Counted from the first letter of the stretch, positions 17,278-26,210 are shown. The stretch: 64,000 bases of DNA from an uncultured Bizionia sp. (GCA_947496215.1 CANMCF010000023.1:2111-66110), one strand, 5' to 3'. The notes: a model not told the origin generated them from the sequence alone. A program made the numbers and translations.

Positions 17278-19125
17278 ATGAGTAATATAAATGAGAACAA
17301 TCCATTGGAGGGAATCGATTTCCCGGATGGTGTTTCAAATGCCTCTAACCTCTTTGCTGCAAATGCACCGATTTCGAATTCCATATTTCAAACTTGTACT
17401 ACAGATAATTTTTTGAATTACTTCTTTCAAGGAGCAGAGCGTAAGGATGTCGTGGAAAAAATGGGAGCTTTTGGAGGCAAGATAGTAGAAGAAACTTATG
17501 TTGGAGGAGGAATCGAAAAAGTATATAGGACAAACCGATATGTCAAAAAAGATGGAATTAGGCAAGAAGCGGGAACAGTGGTTTTGATTATTGGTACAGA
17601 TGGAGCAGAAATACTGAAGACCCATAATGGCTTGGTGCCAAAAAAAGGGGAACAAATTATCCTTCTGGAAAAAAATGACAATGATTTCTCTGGAGCCATA
17701 ATGCGTTTTAAACAGGATACAAGTATAAACATCAACAAATCCGCAGTTTCATTGACCAGTTTCATCAATAAACGCTATGAGATCACATTGGATCAATTTA
17801 AAGACATTGTCAATAGGGTAGACAACACCTCTGCTCTGGAAAGTTTGGTGATCTCGATACTTGACAATACCAAAACAGTTAGAACCGTGGCAACGGTAGG
17901 TTTGGCATTGGCAGGTAAAATGATAGACTCAGCCATAAAGGGGTTTGATGAATTTGTGGATGGTTCGCTAAAGATCGATCCTAGTTTTTGGAACCCGGAC
18001 CATAAGGATTTCAAACAGAAGGTAAATGTAACATCAGAACAAATAAAGGAGTTAACAGCCTCTTTGGATGTTATTGGTGGAAAAGTGGATGGATTGAGTT
18101 TTAAAAGCGTGGTTGCTGCCGGAGGAGCTGCATCTGTGGCAGCAGGACCGTTTGCACTTGCATTTCTGGCTCCCGGAGCAGTGGCATACAAATTATATTC
18201 CGAAGAAATAGAATTGGTGTTCGATAAGATGAAGGCTCAAATAAAAAGCGCCCTAAAGACTCTTAAGGAATTTTTGAACAATACGTTGGAAAGCCTGATA
18301 AAAGGCATAAATACGACAATAAATGTCGTATTGGCTTTTATTTCCGGAGTTTGGTCAGGTTTGGTGGACTTTGTTGCAGACATCATAAGGCTCTTCCTGT
18401 TCTTGGTGAAATTGGCTGTGGCCGGTGCAGGAAAAGTAAATGAGGTGATTGGTGTTAAAGAAGGGGATTCCAAAGCATTTGTAAAGAACTTTGGGTTGTA
18501 CTATAACCTCATCTTGGAAAACATAGATAATACGTTGCAAGGTTTGGGAGCAGTAAACTGGTTGGAATTCTTCAAGGAATCCTTTTTAAAGTTCGAACTG
18601 TTGAAAATACGTATCCTAGCCAAGATCTTCGATAAGGCCGGGAAGACTCTGGACGGATTGAATTATGCTGAGTGGGCCTATTACATAGCCTATGCCATAC
18701 TATTGATTGCAGATATCATATTGTCCTTCTTCTTTCCTGGTCTGTTGGCAACCAAAATAGCCAAATTAGGCAAGGCAGGAAAGGTGTTGGCGAAAATCAT
18801 TGTAGCTGTGCAGGATGCTATGGCACTTGTATTTAAAATAGGGTTTAAGACAGTTGCCTTTGGTGTGAAAAGCATTATAGGTGTTTGGTCCAGCATTGTA
18901 GGTATTTTAAGAAAGGGAACTAAAAAACTCTTGGAGTTTTTGGATGTAGTGTTCGCTAATCTGGCAAAGGTGTTCGATGAGGTTATTACTGGGGTGTCTA
19001 AAGCGGCAGAAAAGGCTTACAAGTCTTTGTTTAATGTAACTGAACGAAGTTTGATAGATAAGTTGGGCTTAAAGGTAAGTAAATACGAGGATGACATATT
19101 AACACTTTGTCCGATAGGCAAATAA
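17278..19125 (+). CDS. Membrane-module protein, paralog of the central part of 8719-11088
   Basis: LAFISGVWSGLVDFVADIIRLFLFLVKLAVAGAG and GILRKGTKKLLEFLDVVF align with GVWNGLVDAISGIFVLLEMVF and LLRKGTAGFKVMIDDIF of the 789-aa protein. The N- and C-termini are unrelated. Confidence 0.7.
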   Translation: MSNINENNPLEGIDFPDGVSNASNLFAANAPISNSIFQTCTTDNFLNYFFQGAERKDVVEKMGAFGGKIVEETYVGGGIEKVYRTNRYVKKDGIRQEAGTVVLIIGTDGAEILKTHNGLVPKKGEQIILLEKNDNDFSGAIMRFKQDTSININKSAVSLTSFINKRYEITLDQFKDIVNRVDNTSALESLVISILDNTKTVRTVATVGLALAGKMIDSAIKGFDEFVDGSLKIDPSFWNPDHKDFKQKVNVTSEQIKELTASLDVIGGKVDGLSFKSVVAAGGAASVAAGPFALAFLAPGAVAYKLYSEEIELVFDKMKAQIKSALKTLKEFLNNTLESLIKGINTTINVVLAFISGVWSGLVDFVADIIRLFLFLVKLAVAGAGKVNEVIGVKEGDSKAFVKNFGLYYNLILENIDNTLQGLGAVNWLEFFKESFLKFELLKIRILAKIFDKAGKTLDGLNYAEWAYYIAYAILLIADIILSFFFPGLLATKIAKLGKAGKVLAKIIVAVQDAMALVFKIGFKTVAFGVKSIIGVWSSIVGILRKGTKKLLEFLDVVFANLAKVFDEVITGVSKAAEKAYKSLFNVTERSLIDKLGLKVSKYEDDILTLCPIGK

Positions 19126-19138
19126 AACCGATACATGT

Positions 19139-19960
19139 ATGAAACAGACAATAAAAAAACTGTGCTTGTATTGGCAAGCCAAAAAAGTAGAAGCCAAAGC
19201 AATTAAAAAAATTGTTGATTTACCAATGTTAAAAGTGGTATATAAAAAAGATACTAGTATAACATTGGGTTGTTTAACGACAGGAATGTCCAATAGCAAA
19301 CCGACTTTGTCATGGAATAGTGTGGAACTATTGGTCAAAAACAAAACTGGAGATGTCAGGGATTTTTTTAAAAAGGTTTATAAGGAATCCAAGGCCAAAA
19401 ATATCTCTCCACAAAAGTATTTGGATGAGTTGGCTGAATTAACTGAAAAAGCTAATTTACGTAGGATAGCTTTAGGGAAATGGGCTAATAAGTTTGATTC
19501 TAGTTTTTTCAATCATCTGAGCGGAGATGTTGGGACTGAGAAAATAACAATTTTTTTTAAAGAATTAGTTTATGTTGCCCCTAAAGGGCAAGGAGGACAT
19601 TGGCTTAATAAATTTTTAAAAGTAGATCAGGTTACTTTTCCTCCAGGAATTAGCAAGGTTAGTCAAATAGCAGATGATGTTCCTTTTAAAGCAAAAGTTA
19701 CCATTAAATCTGCAAAAGGTAAAGTATTTCCAAAAACAGCAGAGTCTTCTATGTTTCCTAAAAATTGGAGTAAAACAAGAATACAGGAAGAAATTGCTTG
19801 GGTTTATGAAAATACTGTAGTTAAAAATATTAATAGAAAAATAAAAGGACCAAACGATTTATTTAATAAGTTTGAAGGAGATACAACAACTGGGTTTAAA
19901 GTATTGTTAGAGGTTGATGACTTAGGAAAAATTGTTAATGCATATCCAATTATTATTTAA
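19139..19960 (+). CDS. Stand-alone toxin with C-terminal bacterial EndoU-like RNase domain
   Basis: GQGGHW ... SSMFPKNWSKTRIQEEIAWVYEN ... GKIVNAYPI matches my recollection of the EndoU_bacteria pattern (GGH ... FFP..WS ... I.taYP). Confidence 0.6.
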   Translation: MKQTIKKLCLYWQAKKVEAKAIKKIVDLPMLKVVYKKDTSITLGCLTTGMSNSKPTLSWNSVELLVKNKTGDVRDFFKKVYKESKAKNISPQKYLDELAELTEKANLRRIALGKWANKFDSSFFNHLSGDVGTEKITIFFKELVYVAPKGQGGHWLNKFLKVDQVTFPPGISKVSQIADDVPFKAKVTIKSAKGKVFPKTAESSMFPKNWSKTRIQEEIAWVYENTVVKNINRKIKGPNDLFNKFEGDTTTGFKVLLEVDDLGKIVNAYPIII

Positions 19961-19970
19961 AAAAACAAAA

Positions 19971-20327
19971 ATGAATTATAAGTTTTATAAAGAAGAAATA
20001 GACGGAATTATTACTTTAGGCGTAATGCCTGAAAAAAAAGAGTATAATATATTGTTTAGGTTTGGTAACTATGGTTGGACATCATTAAAGGCGCAGGAAA
20101 TAATAGATGGAGTTCAAGAAAGCAAAGAAAAACCTAAAGGAGAAGAATATGTTTGGGCAAACGAGGATGTTACATTGTATTCTAATGAAAATGGAATATT
20201 GTTGATTGATGACATCTCTCAAAGAGCAGGAGAAAAGAATCCTGAAAAATTGAATTTTGGCATTGGTACTGACGAGTTTATTGTATTTATGCAAGAGTTT
20301 AAGTTGTTCATTGAGGAGAATAGTTAA
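19971..20327 (+). CDS. Small cytoplasmic protein, candidate cognate immunity protein for the EndoU-like toxin
   Basis: 118-aa ORF (MNYKFYKEEIDG) starting 10 nt after the toxin stop. The track start at 19932 overlaps the toxin gene and is less likely. Confidence 0.5.
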   Translation: MNYKFYKEEIDGIITLGVMPEKKEYNILFRFGNYGWTSLKAQEIIDGVQESKEKPKGEEYVWANEDVTLYSNENGILLIDDISQRAGEKNPEKLNFGIGTDEFIVFMQEFKLFIEENS

Positions 20328-20368
20328 ATATCGTTGGGTTACCATTTAAGTAAACCAAATGATTAAAT

Positions 20369-20399
20369 AAAAAGAGCGCCAACATTGGCGCTCTTTTTA
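20369..20399. terminator. Bidirectional terminator between convergent genes
   Basis: aaaaagagcgccaacattggcgctcttttt: a GC-rich palindrome flanked by an A-run and a T-run. Confidence 0.75.
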
Positions 20400-20416
20400 T
20401 TTATGTTCTAAAACTT

Positions 20417-21655
20417 TTAGTTTCCGGCGATGTTGTTTGTGTCTTTCCTTGACGTTGCATGTCTGAAATCCGGAGCGTCTTTCAAATTTGGGTTTATGAA
20501 AAAGCGGGTTATTGAATCATCTGTTATATTGATGCCTTCATTGCTGTTGGCTACAAAGTGATTTTCACAATGACTTATTTTTAAATCTTTCAATTTCAGA
20601 AACTCCTTAAGCTCTTTTTTTGGTAGTTGCCTAGCTATGATCAAGAAATCTCTAAAGCCGTAAGCGATGCTGTTTTCAAAAGTCAAATGACTATTTTCAC
20701 CTAGATGGATGGCTTCCTTGATCAAGCCTTGATCGTTATCCTCGACATTTACCAAAGTGATGTTGGTTGCTTTTACATTTGTCTTGTCTCCATTCGGGTT
20801 GAAATCTTCAAATTTTTTGTAGGTGTCTATCTCAAAAGCCCTGGATTTTCTATTGTCCGAAGAATAAGGATGTCTTATGGCAATGCTATTGCTTATGATC
20901 GATTGAGCACCTTTTGTGAAATCGAAGTCGTCATCGGTTGCCCTATACGAAATCAAGTTTTTCATTTTTACGTCACCTCCATAGAATTCGAAAGAGTCGT
21001 CGTTGGAGAAGCTTATCTGAATGTTTTCTATTGTCGTCTTGTTTCCCACACCGGCAAACGAAATTCCATTCAACTCTTTTTTCAAGCTTAGCTTTCTTCC
21101 ACAATACTCCACTCTCACGTATTTTAAGGTTCCAGACGAACTCTCGGGGTTATTTCCCCCATAGACTTTGAATTCTGGTTTTAAATCAAATCCTAGGACT
21201 CCCAGTCCGCCGTAGGCATTTACAGGAGCGTCACCCATGATTATGATTCCTCCCCAATCCCCTGGCCTTCTGGAATAGGTGTTTTTATTGGATGTAAATA
21301 CAATGGGGCTTACATCTGTGCCTTCGGCAATTATTTCGGATCCTTTCGTCACGACCAAGGTTCCACAGGACTTGTAGTCACCTCTAATGATCGTGCCTGG
21401 TTCTATTGTCAAAGTGGCATTGTTTGTGACATAGACAACGCCTTGCAATAAGTATGTGTGTCTACTGGATAGAGTAGTGTCTTCGGTTATGATGCCCGCC
21501 AAGGTCTTGTTTGTTTTTCTGTATTCTTGCTTCATGGGATTGAAATTGGTCCAATTTTCAAACCAATTCTCTTCACCAAAAATACCTGGGTTTACTTGTG
21601 AATGACTTAATACACAGCTTAAAACTACGCTAAATGCTAAAATGATCTTCTTCAT
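20417..21655 (-). CDS. Secreted hypothetical protein (signal peptide; possibly beta-helix-like)
   Basis: Signal peptide MKKIILAFSVVLSCVLSHSQ. Long ORF with no catalytic motif that I recognise. Confidence 0.6.
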   Translation of the reverse strand: MKKIILAFSVVLSCVLSHSQVNPGIFGEENWFENWTNFNPMKQEYRKTNKTLAGIITEDTTLSSRHTYLLQGVVYVTNNATLTIEPGTIIRGDYKSCGTLVVTKGSEIIAEGTDVSPIVFTSNKNTYSRRPGDWGGIIIMGDAPVNAYGGLGVLGFDLKPEFKVYGGNNPESSSGTLKYVRVEYCGRKLSLKKELNGISFAGVGNKTTIENIQISFSNDDSFEFYGGDVKMKNLISYRATDDDFDFTKGAQSIISNSIAIRHPYSSDNRKSRAFEIDTYKKFEDFNPNGDKTNVKATNITLVNVEDNDQGLIKEAIHLGENSHLTFENSIAYGFRDFLIIARQLPKKELKEFLKLKDLKISHCENHFVANSNEGINITDDSITRFFINPNLKDAPDFRHATSRKDTNNIAGN

Positions 21656-21871
21656 GGTACTTGCTTGTTATTTGGAATGTAAAGCTATTGCTTATCCATT
21701 ATGCTAGTATTTGGATAGGTTTATGCTTACGTTACCATAGATTGCTCAATGCGAAATAATTGTTAAATCTAGGCATGTGTAAATGAAAAAGGTATTGAGA
21801 ATATGTTTTCAAAATACAAGTTTGTCCATGGCTATTGCATAAGTTTGCATACACCATAAAACCAGATTCAG

Positions 21872-22372
21872 ATGTTATTGGCTCTAGATGTCCATTATAA
21901 AGAGAATTATGCGAAAAGCGTTGGAGTGATTTTCAATGCCACAGAGGGCACTTTGCAAGCTAGCCTCATAGAGATCATAGATGAGGTTGAGGATTATGTG
22001 TCTGGACAATTCTACAAACGCGAACTGCCATGTTTGTTGAAGGTTGTGGATAAGGTAAATTTGACGACTATTGATGCAATTGTCGTAGATGGTCATGTAT
22101 ATGTGGACAATGATTGCAATCTGGGGTTGGGCGGACACTTGTACAAGGCATTGGATGAACAAATACCAATTATTGGGGTTGCCAAACGCTCTTTTCATGA
22201 CACTGAGGCTGTTTCAAAGGAGGTCTTCAAAGGGAAAAGTAAGAATCCGCTTTATGTTTCTGCGATTGGCATGGATTTACAGGATGCCATAAGCATTATC
22301 TCTCAGCTTCATGGGGAGCATAGAATACCAACGATTCTCAAGGCGTTGGACGATATTACAAAAGAAGCATGA
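21872..22372 (+). CDS. nfi: Endonuclease V family protein
   Basis: Aligns by eye with E. coli Nfi: LDVHY vs ADVGF, YVSGQFYKRELPCLL vs YIPGFLSFREYPALL, VVDGH...IPIIGVAKRSF vs FVDGHG...VPTIGVAKKRL, and NPLYVS vs NPLFIA. Confidence 0.75.
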   Translation: MLLALDVHYKENYAKSVGVIFNATEGTLQASLIEIIDEVEDYVSGQFYKRELPCLLKVVDKVNLTTIDAIVVDGHVYVDNDCNLGLGGHLYKALDEQIPIIGVAKRSFHDTEAVSKEVFKGKSKNPLYVSAIGMDLQDAISIISQLHGEHRIPTILKALDDITKEA

Positions 22373-22419
22373 TTGCAAGATTCTGTCTTAAAACAAATTA
22401 CAAAAAACAATAAATTAAT

Positions 22420-22463
22420 CTGTAAAATGTTTGTTTATTTTCTGCAAAATGATTATATTTGTA
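22420..22463 (+). promoter_or_regulatory. Third copy of the promoter/operator (boxes tgtaaaatgttt 22421-22432 and tgcaaaatgatt 22443-22454; -7 TATATTTG at 22454-22461)
   Basis: ctgtaaaatgtttgtttattttctgcaaaatgattatatttgta has the same architecture as 4067-4110. The downstream leader is unrelated. Confidence 0.55.
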
Positions 22464-22623
22464 TTCGCTTTTCTAACAACGGTTTACCGAAGTTAAAATT
22501 AATTCGTGTTAAGTAGAAACCCAAAAACCTAGGCTTAATCTATATCTGATTAAGAAAAAACAAGCAATGGAAGTCTTTGGTCAGTGGTTTGGTCTACTTG
22601 AAGTTAAAAAATCAAACATATGT

Positions 22624-23061
22624 ATGAGTATAATTAATAAAGCGCTATCCGAGTATGGCGTTAAGGAAATTGTAGGCTCCAAAGACAACCTTAGAATCTT
22701 GAAGTATTTTGATGAAATAGGTTTCAATGGCTCAAAATTACATGACGAGACAGCTTGGTGTAGTGCTTTTGCAAATTGGGTTGCAAAAACCTCAGGTCAT
22801 GAGTATTCCAAGAAGTTGAATGCTAGAAGTTGGCTGGCTGTTGGAGACTCCACTAACAGACCCAAGGTGGGAGATGTAGTGGTACTTTGGCGAGAAAGCC
22901 CAAACAGCTGGAAAGGGCATGTTGGGTTCTTTGTCAAGGAGACCAAGAATTTCGTGTATGTCTTGGGAGGCAACCAACGTAATATGGTATGTATCAAGGC
23001 TTACCCAAAAAGTCGTGTGTTAGACTATAAAAAACTCAAAAAAAATAACAAATTAAAATAG
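22624..23061 (+). CDS. TIGR02594-type NlpC/P60-CHAP-like peptidoglycan hydrolase (endolysin-like)
   Basis: GVKEIVGSKDN..ILKYF...DETAWCSAFANWV...ARSW...GDVVVLWR...KGHVGFF...VLGGNQRNMV matches the TIGR02594 family pattern. Confidence 0.8.
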   Translation: MSIINKALSEYGVKEIVGSKDNLRILKYFDEIGFNGSKLHDETAWCSAFANWVAKTSGHEYSKKLNARSWLAVGDSTNRPKVGDVVVLWRESPNSWKGHVGFFVKETKNFVYVLGGNQRNMVCIKAYPKSRVLDYKKLKKNNKLK

Positions 23062-23068
23062 ATGAGAT

Positions 23069-23503
23069 ATGGACAGAGTAATCAAATTAATGTTTTGGTT
23101 GCTTACGCTCTTGTCTCCTGTTAATGGTGTTATGGTAACTATGGTTTTTTTAATTGTAGTCGATTTTATAACAGGATCGTATGCAGCTATCAAAAATCAC
23201 ATCCCTATTAGAAGTTCACGAATTGGACATACCATTTCTAAATTTTTTATTTATAACCTGGTTATTCTGGCTGCATTCTTTTTAGAGAAGCACATCGTGG
23301 ACGAAGTGCCTTTTTTAAAGATAATAGCAGGCTTTATAGCGATAACCGAAATAAAATCGGTTTTGGAGAACTTTAATAAAATTTATGGAGTAAATCCTTT
23401 TAAAGCTTTGGTCAACTTGATAAAGATGACACCTTTGAAGGATACGATAGAAACACTTACAGAAGATGAAGACGCTTCGAAAGAAGCTTCCAAGAAGGCG
23501 TAA
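23069..23503 (+). CDS. Phage_holin_4_1-type holin
   Basis: Multiple TM helices with VVDFITGSYAAIKNH...SSRIGHTISK...ITEIKSVLENFNKIYG, a pattern typical of this holin family. Confidence 0.75.
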   Translation: MDRVIKLMFWLLTLLSPVNGVMVTMVFLIVVDFITGSYAAIKNHIPIRSSRIGHTISKFFIYNLVILAAFFLEKHIVDEVPFLKIIAGFIAITEIKSVLENFNKIYGVNPFKALVNLIKMTPLKDTIETLTEDEDASKEASKKA

Positions 23504-23625
23504 AAAACTAAAACCAAACCTTTCAAAAGCAAGAAATCCTTCCTAAGAAGCTTAGGAAGGAGGCTTTTGATTGTTTAAACAATGAGATTCCTCTGAGATG
23601 GGGATTGAATAAAAAACTTTTTTCG

Positions 23626-24228
23626 ATGATACAATTTTCAATAAAAACAGAAAGATTGCTCTTGTTGATCATACTGGCATTGGTAATCTGCAATTTACTT
23701 TTAAAACAGTGTCGTGGTGGGGAACCCATTGAAAAACCTGTGGTGACCATTAAAAGAGATACGGTTTGGCAAACTAAGGTAGACACGTTCAAGTTGCAAA
23801 CGGTGAAATATGAAACAGTTTATGTAAAAAAGGATGATGTCTCGGACATCGTTGAAGATGCAACCAAAATAGTTGACCTGTCCCTTTATGATAAAGCAAG
23901 GATTTACAAAGACACTCTGAGTAACGATGACATAGATATATATAGTTATAATTTACTCGATGGAAATTTACTGGATGGCCAATTGTCCTATAAATTGAAA
24001 GTGCCTCGGGAAATAACCGTTACAAAGACGATAGAGCACCCAAAGAGCTTCAGGAGTGGATTATATGTGTTTAGTGAGGTTGGTGGCAACGTGAGTACTT
24101 TAGACAACCTTAGTTTGGGTTTGCAATACAATAGAAAAGGGAATTGGTTTGCGAGCTATAGATTGAATTTTAATAGCTTGAGACAGCCAACACACAATGT
24201 AGGCATAGGTGTACGGTTGTTCAAGTAG
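23626..24228 (+). CDS. N-terminally membrane-anchored hypothetical protein (third gene of the lysis cassette; spanin-like role possible)
   Basis: TM anchor LLLLIILALVICNLLL followed by a beta-rich region. Preceded by the hairpin 23537-23561 (tccttcctaag/cttaggaagga). The function is an inference from position only. Confidence 0.45.
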   Translation: MIQFSIKTERLLLLIILALVICNLLLKQCRGGEPIEKPVVTIKRDTVWQTKVDTFKLQTVKYETVYVKKDDVSDIVEDATKIVDLSLYDKARIYKDTLSNDDIDIYSYNLLDGNLLDGQLSYKLKVPREITVTKTIEHPKSFRSGLYVFSEVGGNVSTLDNLSLGLQYNRKGNWFASYRLNFNSLRQPTHNVGIGVRLFK

Positions 24229-24271
24229 GTCTTCTTTGGAAGAATCCCGTGAACATTTCATAGTTAATAAT

Positions 24272-24305
24272 AAAAAGCCTCATCTTGAAGATGAGGCTTT
24301 TTATT
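24272..24305. terminator. Bidirectional terminator
   Basis: aaaaagcctcatcttgaagatgaggcttttt palindrome located between convergent genes. Confidence 0.75.
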
Positions 24306-24321
24306 CTATGAAAAAGAAATA

Positions 24322-26145
24322 TTAATTCTTGTTGTTTTCCCGATTTATATCGGCCATCAACCCTTTTGAGTCTATTTCAACGGATTTCACGGCTTTTTTT
24401 GCCTCAAAGGAATAGGTGGGGTGTGCCCAAGCCCAATCTGCTATTCTGGTCGCAGAGCTTGGTTTTTCCCCACGCATCATTTGTAGAGGGATGTAGATGT
24501 CCTCCTTGGAGCCATCTTCGTAGCTCACGGTCAAGTCCAAAGGCATTGGCATTGTACCAATACGTTCCAAGGTAACCGTCTTGTTGTCCACGCTTTTTAC
24601 GGCGTAGTCAATGGTGTTGGTCGTTTGTGTCCAATCCGTCAAGTACCAATCCAATTCCAGTCCAGATACTTTTTCTGCACAACGAATGAAATCGTTTGGA
24701 GTAGGGTGTTTAAACGCCCAGTCGTCAAAGTATTTCTTTATGGTCTTCTTTAGGTTGTCTTGGCCAATCACATAGCCCAATTGGGAAAGGAATACAGAGC
24801 CTTTGTTATAGGCTGCAATGCCGTAGGCCATGTTGGAGTCAAAACGATCGGCGTGAGTTGTCTGTGGTCTTTCTTTTCCAGATTTCGCCAAATAGTCATA
24901 ACCACGATATGCTCCCAAGTTTGGGACATCCTTGTTGGAGCCCATGATTTCATTCATGGCGTGGTCGCTTATGTAACTTGTAAAGCCTTCATCCATCCAT
25001 TCGTGTTTACCTTCATGTGTAGCCAATAAGAATTGAAACCAAGTATGTGCCAACTCATGTGCAGTTACACCTACCAAGCTTCCAAACTTGCGTTTACCAG
25101 TGATCAAAGTACACATGGCATATTCCATTCCTCCATCACCTCCTTGAATGACGGAATATTGCTTGTATGGATATTTACCGATGTTGGCGCTGAAGTATTC
25201 CATTAATTGAACTGTTTTTGGTTGAAGGTCTTTCCAGAACTTCAAGTTTTCCGTTGGCAATGTTTTCTTGTAATAGAAATGAAGCATTGGGCCATTTGGA
25301 ACTTGCATCGTATCATGAACATATTCAGGATCTGCAGCCCAAGTGAAATCATGCACATTTGGAGCAATGAAATGCAGTGTTTTTTTGTTGCCTTTGATTT
25401 CCGTATCGTTTTGAAGATATCCAGAACCTCCAACGACGTAGTCTTTGTCTATGGTCAACTTCAAGTCGAAATCCCCCCAAACACCGTGGAATTCCCTTCC
25501 TATGTATGGGTCTGCATGCCATCCTTGAAAGTCGTACTCAGCCAATTTCGGGTACCATTGTGTCATGGACAAGGCAACACCTTCTTTGTTGTTCCTTCCC
25601 GAACGACGAATTTGTACAGGTACCTGTGCATTGAAAACCATGTCGAAGGTTACGCGTTCACCAGGTTGAATGGGTTTAGCCAACTCTACCTCCAATACAG
25701 TTCCCGCTGTTTCGTGTTTTACCACGGCACCGTTTTGCTTTAACGAGGTGACTTTTATGTAACCAATCTCATTGGGTTTCAATGTGCTTATTCTGCTTCC
25801 TACCCTTGGGTCGGCATCTTCGATGGTTCTCGAACGCACATCCATTTCGCTTCCAGGTTGGAAGGCATTGAAATGCAAGTGATAAAAGACCTTGTTTAAG
25901 ACATCCGGTGAATTGTTGGTGTAAATTAATTTTTGTGTGCCTTGATATTGGAAATTGTTTACATCCATATCAATTTCCATCTTGTAATCTGCATGTTGTT
26001 GCCAATATGTGGATTTTGAGATGGTGTTTGTGCTAGGGGCTTTTACAGGATTGTTGTTGGATGCAGTGTCTGTTGTACTTTTGGAAGCATCGCAAGAACT
26101 TAGCAACAAAGAGGCGGAAAAGCCATACAATAAAATCTTTTTCAT
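24322..26145 (-). CDS. M1 family metallopeptidase (aminopeptidase N-like), lipoprotein signal
   Basis: HELAHTWF (HExxH) followed by WMDEGFTSY. Signal peptide ending with SSC. Confidence 0.9.
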   Translation of the reverse strand: MKKILLYGFSASLLLSSCDASKSTTDTASNNNPVKAPSTNTISKSTYWQQHADYKMEIDMDVNNFQYQGTQKLIYTNNSPDVLNKVFYHLHFNAFQPGSEMDVRSRTIEDADPRVGSRISTLKPNEIGYIKVTSLKQNGAVVKHETAGTVLEVELAKPIQPGERVTFDMVFNAQVPVQIRRSGRNNKEGVALSMTQWYPKLAEYDFQGWHADPYIGREFHGVWGDFDLKLTIDKDYVVGGSGYLQNDTEIKGNKKTLHFIAPNVHDFTWAADPEYVHDTMQVPNGPMLHFYYKKTLPTENLKFWKDLQPKTVQLMEYFSANIGKYPYKQYSVIQGGDGGMEYAMCTLITGKRKFGSLVGVTAHELAHTWFQFLLATHEGKHEWMDEGFTSYISDHAMNEIMGSNKDVPNLGAYRGYDYLAKSGKERPQTTHADRFDSNMAYGIAAYNKGSVFLSQLGYVIGQDNLKKTIKKYFDDWAFKHPTPNDFIRCAEKVSGLELDWYLTDWTQTTNTIDYAVKSVDNKTVTLERIGTMPMPLDLTVSYEDGSKEDIYIPLQMMRGEKPSSATRIADWAWAHPTYSFEAKKAVKSVEIDSKGLMADINRENNKN

Positions 26146-26162
26146 GATAAATATATTAAAAA

Positions 26163-26196
26163 CAAAAAAGCCTCAACGTTAAATATTGAGGCTCTT
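26163..26196 (-). terminator. Terminator downstream of the S8 peptidase gene
   Basis: agcctcaa ... ttgaggct stem, followed by a T-run on the minus strand. Confidence 0.6.
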
Positions 26197-26210
26197 TAGA
26201 TATGTTTAAG

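Noticed and set aside
4387-20327. Assigning the loci to a known toxin delivery class (T6SS effector, Rhs/YD-repeat, Tc ABC toxin, CDI/two-partner secretion, LXG/T7SS, MafB, T9SS cargo).
   Set aside because: I could see no VgrG/Hcp/PAAR, no YD repeats, no TpsB or FHA repeats, no WXG/LXG N-termini, no signal peptides and no T9SS CTDs. Remote homology cannot be excluded without profile or structure searches.
22567-24228. Interpreting the holin/hydrolase genes as evidence of a prophage.
   Set aside because: There are no integrase, terminase, capsid, portal or tail genes anywhere in the 64-kb window. The neighbours are ordinary chromosomal genes bounded by terminators.
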